A DNA stretch of 57,513 bases, filler included, from Bipalium vagum (taxonomy: Eukaryota): assembly GCA_037834085.1 (NCBI GenBank). It is 3 parts of 3 records of this genome, joined end to end, with 100 filler letters (N's around TTAATTAATTAA, not from the genome) between each part and the next. Parts side by side here need not be neighbours in the genome. Positions count along the whole stretch, not along the records: positions 41,633 to 57,513 come from JBBMKC010140346.1; 2 more parts are not named here. One strand, 5' to 3'. A program made the translations under genes and the position numbers. Shown here piece by piece: positions 51,901 to 57,513 of the stretch. Under the pieces are notes generated by a model. It ran no database searches, was not told the origin of the DNA, and saw only the letters and a program-made list of their open reading frames with translations. Every line of letters begins with the position of its first letter. Position 1 is the stretch's first letter.

Positions 51901-53886
51901 ACTTGTTTCATTGTTCTTTCTGTGTATCATGTAATATCAAATTTCATATGATACGTAAAACCAAAAAAAAAAACCAAAAAGGTCATTATAATTGATTTAA
52001 AGTTTTTCCTTCTGAATAGTTTTGAAAATCTCAGAAAAGACTTCTTTAAATACATGAAAAAAATCATAAATTTAAACAATTTCTTTTGAAATCAGATTTT
52101 CTTTTCTTCAAAAATATGAAACTACTTTCAATACTTTTATATGTCCTTTGGAATAGAACATAAAATCGGCTGCAGAAACTCTACAAATAGAATTGACCAG
52201 TATTGATTTGAAATACATTTTTAAACAATCAACAAATTGGAATTCCATCGAAAAAATATCCAAGAGAATAAGTTTTCTAATTTGAAACAACTGGAATTCA
52301 GAATTATAGAAACCAATCTTCTTTGAGAATCATTTTTTTAAGGATAAAATATATAAAAGGGAAACATTCTACAAAATCATAGTCGAAAATTAAAAAAATC
52401 AATTTTGTTGTGCCTGTTCAAATTGACCGCTTAGTATAGAAATTCAGCAAGCAAAAGTGAAAGACACTTTTCAAATTGAACACCGTTTATCGAATTAAAT
52501 ACAATTTTTAATTTTTATTTATTTATTTCTGTTTAATAATATTTTACATAATATTTTATTTTTCATAAATTTTAGAAAAAACTTACATAAAAAGTACGTA
52601 AAATTAGGATTGGTGCCCACTCTAACTTTTTAAATTTTATTTGTCCCAGTAATGGTTTTGGGTTGCACACCGCTAATCTTAACCTTTTATTAATGAGGTG
52701 ATGTTGTATTTTAAAGATTTTTCACTTGGCCAAACCTTATGAGATAAAACGTCAAAAGGTATTAAAATAATAATAAAATATTCATACGAAATTATCAATT
52801 TAAGAGAACGTATTAACATTTGTGAAGGTAACCCCTAAAGAAATATATTTGAAATGATATTTATATTACCGATTTAAGTCTTTTGATATTTGCGTATTTG
52901 AGGAAAAGACAAAAGAGAAAGGAAATCAAAATGGACTTCTAAAGAAAAAATAAAAGAACACTTTTTTAAAGAAATTATTACAAAGTAAAAGTATTATTAT
53001 TAAAATTCTTTTATAAAGGACTATTTTAAAAGATTATCATTACCCTGAGATCCTTACAATTGCAGGACTCGGCTTTACGTATAATTTTGCATGTTTAACA
53101 TTAATTTATTAATTTTGATCTCGAGCCATACAAAGTTATTTACGTTCCCAACAAAGAATGGGTAATGATGTTAAAGTCTCCAGAACCAAAATTCTATTTC
53201 TACAAAGGAAATAGTTTGGACATCAAAACAGTTGTATAAAACAAAAAATTATTATAAATCGAAATTTTTATGTATCATATTGATTTCACTGAAACCCTCA
53301 AAGATATATTAAAACTAATAAGAACATACATAAAAGAGGAATATATTTAACTTATAAATAGGGGAAAAAATAAATTTAATATAAAATTCTATTTCTCCTA
53401 TTACGGATTACACTGTTTATGAAGAGTACAAAAATAAACGAAATAAAACAACCATAAAACAAGAATAAATAAGTCATTAAAACAAATCAGCTTTATGGAG
53501 ACCAAATTTAGTGGTAGGGAAAGGTAAGAAAATCGTGATTAAAAATAAATTTTAAAATAAATTAATTTGAAATTAAATAATTTATCCTTTAAAAATTGGT
53601 GGAAACGGGAGAGATGAACGAAGCCGATTGCGATCATAAAAGGGATAGATAAAATTAATAAGGAATAATAAAATTGCGAAGGGATTAAAAATGGAAAACT
53701 GTTAAATTGACAAAATCAAATTAAAAGGAAAAGTTAACTGAATCTCGGATGTAACCAAAAGACTTTCCCCCTTTGGCTTTTGAAACATTTTCTTTTAAAA
53801 ACTCAAAGGAACATTTGACGATTTTTTTATTTTAAATTTTCCACATCTTTTTCTAATCTTTTAATTGCATATATGTATATTGATTT

Positions 53887-54715
53887 TACGATGATGGATT
53901 GATAAGTAAGCTAGTGACGTCACAAAAATAAAACAAACTTTATTAATGAGAAGTGCAATCAACCAATTTAAAAATAAAAATTTTGTATATTAATTCATGC
54001 ATTCAGCTCTTTGTTTAAATCATTTAAAATAAGTAACTTTTTAATTCTATGAAAAATGGAGTTAAATGATTTTCATCTAGTGATTAAACACCACTTTTTG
54101 AAAGGGGAAACGACCAAAGAAACATTACGGTGAATCTGATCCATCAGATTTTATGGTGAAATATTGGGTCGCTGAATTCACCTGTGGTCGACCAAGCATA
54201 ATTGATGTACAAAAATCAAATCATCTGAAAAAGATGACTACGTCAGAAGTGATCGATAAAATCCACTATTTTGTTTAGAAAGATCGTCGAGTGAATGTTC
54301 GTGAGATAGATAATATTGTAAACAAAAAAAGACATAATCTCATTTGAAGAGGACAAAAGAGCTTTTCCATCATAATAATGTACCTGCTCACCGTTCCTAA
54401 AAAACCGAACAACGATTCAATGAATTGCGCTACGATAAGCTTCAACATCCAGGGTATTCTCAAGATTTAGCACCGTCTGATTTCTTTTTGTTTCCAGATT
54501 TCAAAAATTAGTTTGAGGAAAGAGGTTTTGGTCAGAAGACGACATTATAAGTCAAACAGCTGAGTATTTCTAAGCATATGATAAAAACTACTTCTCTAAT
54601 GGCATCATAAAGCTCGAACACCGTTGAAAAAATGCATAAGCCTAAAAGAAAATTATGTTGAAAAATAAAATTTTTTTTATTACTTGAGTAGCTTACTTAT
54701 CAATCCACCACCGTA
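53887..54715 (+). mobile_element. internally deleted mariner with TIRs and TA flanks
   Basis: TIRs CG(A/G)TG(A/G)TGGATTGATAAGTAAGCTA. Coding remnants VKYWVAEFTCGR, EDRRVNVREI, HPGYSQDLAPSDFFLFP and GIIKLEHR*KKCI...YVEK*. Confidence 0.92.
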
Positions 54716-55619
54716 TTAATAAAACGAGTCTTTTTTTATAGCTATGCACACTGAAATGCACTTTAAAAAATTTATAATAAAATATTTTTCACTCAAGAAT
54801 TTTTAAAACATTTACTGATACTTTTTATTTATGCACTTTATAAAGTAACCGATAAACCGTCAATTAATTGATAAAACACAGAGGACGTCTCCTAGAAATA
54901 TTGAAAGGAAGAAAATGCTTTTTTATTCTTCTACGAAGTTGAAAATAGTCAAATTCTTATTTATGAAATTTAATTGTATCAAATTATGTTCCATTTGTCA
55001 AATAATATTAAATAATTAATTTATTGACACATGAAAACAGCTTTAGGAGTGGAATGATAAAATATTTATTTATTGAGATTTCGAAAAATATTCTTATAAT
55101 AATAATAATTATTATTATTATTATTGAAGTCATAATTAAAGTCAGACTCACTCTCATCCTTGTCAAAACCGGTAAATTATAAAAATCTGAAAATATAATA
55201 AAATAAAGAAGTGACAAAATAAAAAATTTTTGTCTTGAATAATTCAATTATAACGCAGACAATGTAATTTGTAAACATAATAAAAAATCTAAGAAAGTTT
55301 AAGAAAGTTTTTATTAATTGGATAAGGCACTTTTGGTATGCCATTCGTTTAAGATCGTAATTGAAGATTTCTTATCTCAGGTTCAAAAATAACGATCCTC
55401 GAATCAGAGGTAACAAAATCTGTTGGGAAAACTGAACGCTCGGTGATTATCTTTGTAATCAGATCACGGAAATTATAATTTGTAAAAATATAATGTAAAG
55501 AATAAAATAACAATATAAAATTTACATATTTGTTTTAATTAATTAAAAAATTATAATAAATATTTAAAAATTCAATAAAGAATTTTATTTTAATTAATTT
55601 ATTATAATATCAGTTAATG

Positions 55620-56330
55620 TATTAGGCAGTACAAAAAGTTCTTCCTGTAAAAAAATAAAATAAATATTTTATTTTACGATGATGGTACAGTATTAAGCTA
55701 CTAATTTAAACAATACAATATATATATATATCCACCATCCTCATCAAGATATCTCTGCCACCATTCTTTTCATGCTCTGAAAGCAACAATGCAGGACTGT
55801 CTATCATGGGTTTTACAACATTGTTTTAGCACAGTTTCCAATGTTTCGTCTGTCTGTTCACGTGATTGTCATCTTAAATGGCTAAACAAATAAAAATCTG
55901 ATGGTTGCTGTCGAAGTAAATTACAATGAACCTGTCAATCTTATCTTATGTCTTTTCAGCAGAATGAGATCGTGTATTATCATGATGTATGGTGTTTGAG
56001 CGACCATTTAAATGTTTTCTTTTATCTTTAACTGCTCTTTGAAGTGTTTTAAACGCCTGGTAATATTTTTCTATATTAATTGTTTTATTCTTTCCAAGAA
56101 AATTAATTATTATTAAGTCTTCTCGGTCTCAGAAAATGTTTTCATGATCTTTACCAAGGTTTTCAAAATTTTGGATTTTTTCTTTGTGGGTGAATTAGGA
56201 CGATCTCAAAAGCTATAATGCTTAAAACAAAAACAACAGTGATTTTCCTAAATAAAAATGCTTGATATTTATAAAAATCAATGTTTTTAGCGTATTTACA
56301 AACAGGCAAAACGTTTTGAACGGCCTGATA
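55620..56330 (-). mobile_element. internally deleted mariner with diverged ~29-bp TIRs
   Basis: TATTAGGCAGTACAAAAAGTTCTTCCTGT versus the reverse complement of the right end TATCAGGCCGTTCAAAACGTTTTGCCTGT. Remnants HHDNTRSHSA, SDFYLFSHL and KEWWQRYLDEDGGY. Confidence 0.8.
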
Positions 56331-57225
56331 TTTTAATAAAAGTTTATAAATAAGAATTTTAATAAATTCCTAAAGATATGTATAAGAATGTGGAATTAAT
56401 ATGCATGATAGGGAAATTATAGAATACAATAACACAATTAACATGGTTTCATAATTAAAAATTGTTTGAATATTCTGATCTGTAATGGTACAAAAATGAA
56501 TAATAAAAGGATATTAACTTTAAACTTAAAGATGCTTATGTAATGACCACAGAAATGCTTGAAAAATGATAATCAATGAGAGCTAAGTCTGAAGAATATG
56601 ATGTTGGATGGTGCCATATTGTTTAACTGCAAAATAATATCAACAAAATAAACAAAGGCATTTATATTTAAACTTACGATGATTATAGCATTGGCCGTTA
56701 CGCGGTATCGATTTGACGAAAAATGGTTTCCGCTTCATGTGACTGTTTTATATAATTATGGAGCTTGTATGAAAAGAATAAGGAAAATAGATATAATTCT
56801 ATGATAGTTTTCTCTGAATTCCACTTTAACAATAAAATGGTAATTTTTTATATTAATCAAACCGTACTATTCGATTGCTCTCTATCAAACAATAAAATAA
56901 TAAAGTTTTATTTCACTAAACATAAAAACGAAAATATTACACAATAACAGTGATACGGTTCTTAGATTTGAGAACGTAGCCTCCATATAGCTCAAAAATT
57001 GCATCAGTAGGCAGCCAAGACTGCGAACAACGAAAAAAAAGAATAACTTAAGCAGCATTAATTAGCAGCAAAAAGAAAACTCATNNNNNNNNNNNNNNNN
57101 NNNNNNNNNNNNNNNNNNNNNNNNNNNNNNNNNNNNNNNNNNNNNNNNNNNNNNNNNNNNNNNNNNNNNNNNNNNNNNNNNNNNNNNNNNNNNNNNNNNN
57201 NNNNNNNNNNNNNNNNNNNNNNNNN

Positions 57226-57513
57226 TCAAATCCATACATTTTGTGTCTGGCTTCTCAGTGGTAAAAATCTTCCATTTTTTTAAATCAACTATTAAAAGTT
57301 ACAAAAAGCGTGTCACCTTTCCTAAAACCTTTTTTGACATTTGCAGTCTTCATTCGCGTGGTTTTCGGCACTTTTATTAGCAGCGGATACAGGTTATACC
57401 ATTATTCTCATAAAAAGGTCTATGACAAAGTCCCTCATTTTGGAAAGTTCTTGTTAGGAGTGGACCTTCATTTGTTACTGATGGCACAGACGTTTTTCAT
57501 AGTATGGCACGAT
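57226..57513 (-). mobile_element. probable mariner remnant next to a gap
   Basis: GKVTRFL and nearby segments resemble the decayed GKVMATVFWD region. Confidence 0.35.

Noticed and set aside
31258-55247. Hydrophobic F/I/L/K-rich ORFs (31258, 36502, 55008; also 17397)
   Set aside because: Compositional artefacts of AT-rich DNA, or the antisense of a Lys-rich TE ORF.
1-57513. CRISPR arrays, tRNA, rRNA, prokaryotic operons
   Set aside because: None seen. The window is intron-containing eukaryotic DNA, and its tandem repeats lack unique spacers.

Overview
AT-rich eukaryotic (metazoan-type) scaffold window with short GT-AG introns (mostly 43-70 bp) and three assembly gaps. There are two recognisable conserved genes: nucleoporin Nup155 (+, 14 exons, 22291-26849) and the 3' half of a LAR-type receptor tyrosine phosphatase (-, tandem D1/D2 domains, 33134-35317; upstream exons not found). 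Manual splicing reveals genes that the ORF track breaks up. One is a minus-strand locus (11985-16098) carrying six highly divergent RRM-like domains that share a private C-terminal motif, arranged as a 4-RRM plus a 2-RRM gene or possibly one 6-RRM transcript. The other is a small spliced orphan with a signal peptide (19682-~20980). The rest is a transposon graveyard: two decayed RLE-type non-LTR retrotransposons with a shared 3' terminal motif, a Penelope-like fragment, many Tc1/mariner and Tigger remnants (several with TIRs and TA duplications) and MITEs. Several candidate structured RNA/DNA elements are flagged. All calls come from reading the sequence; no database search was run.
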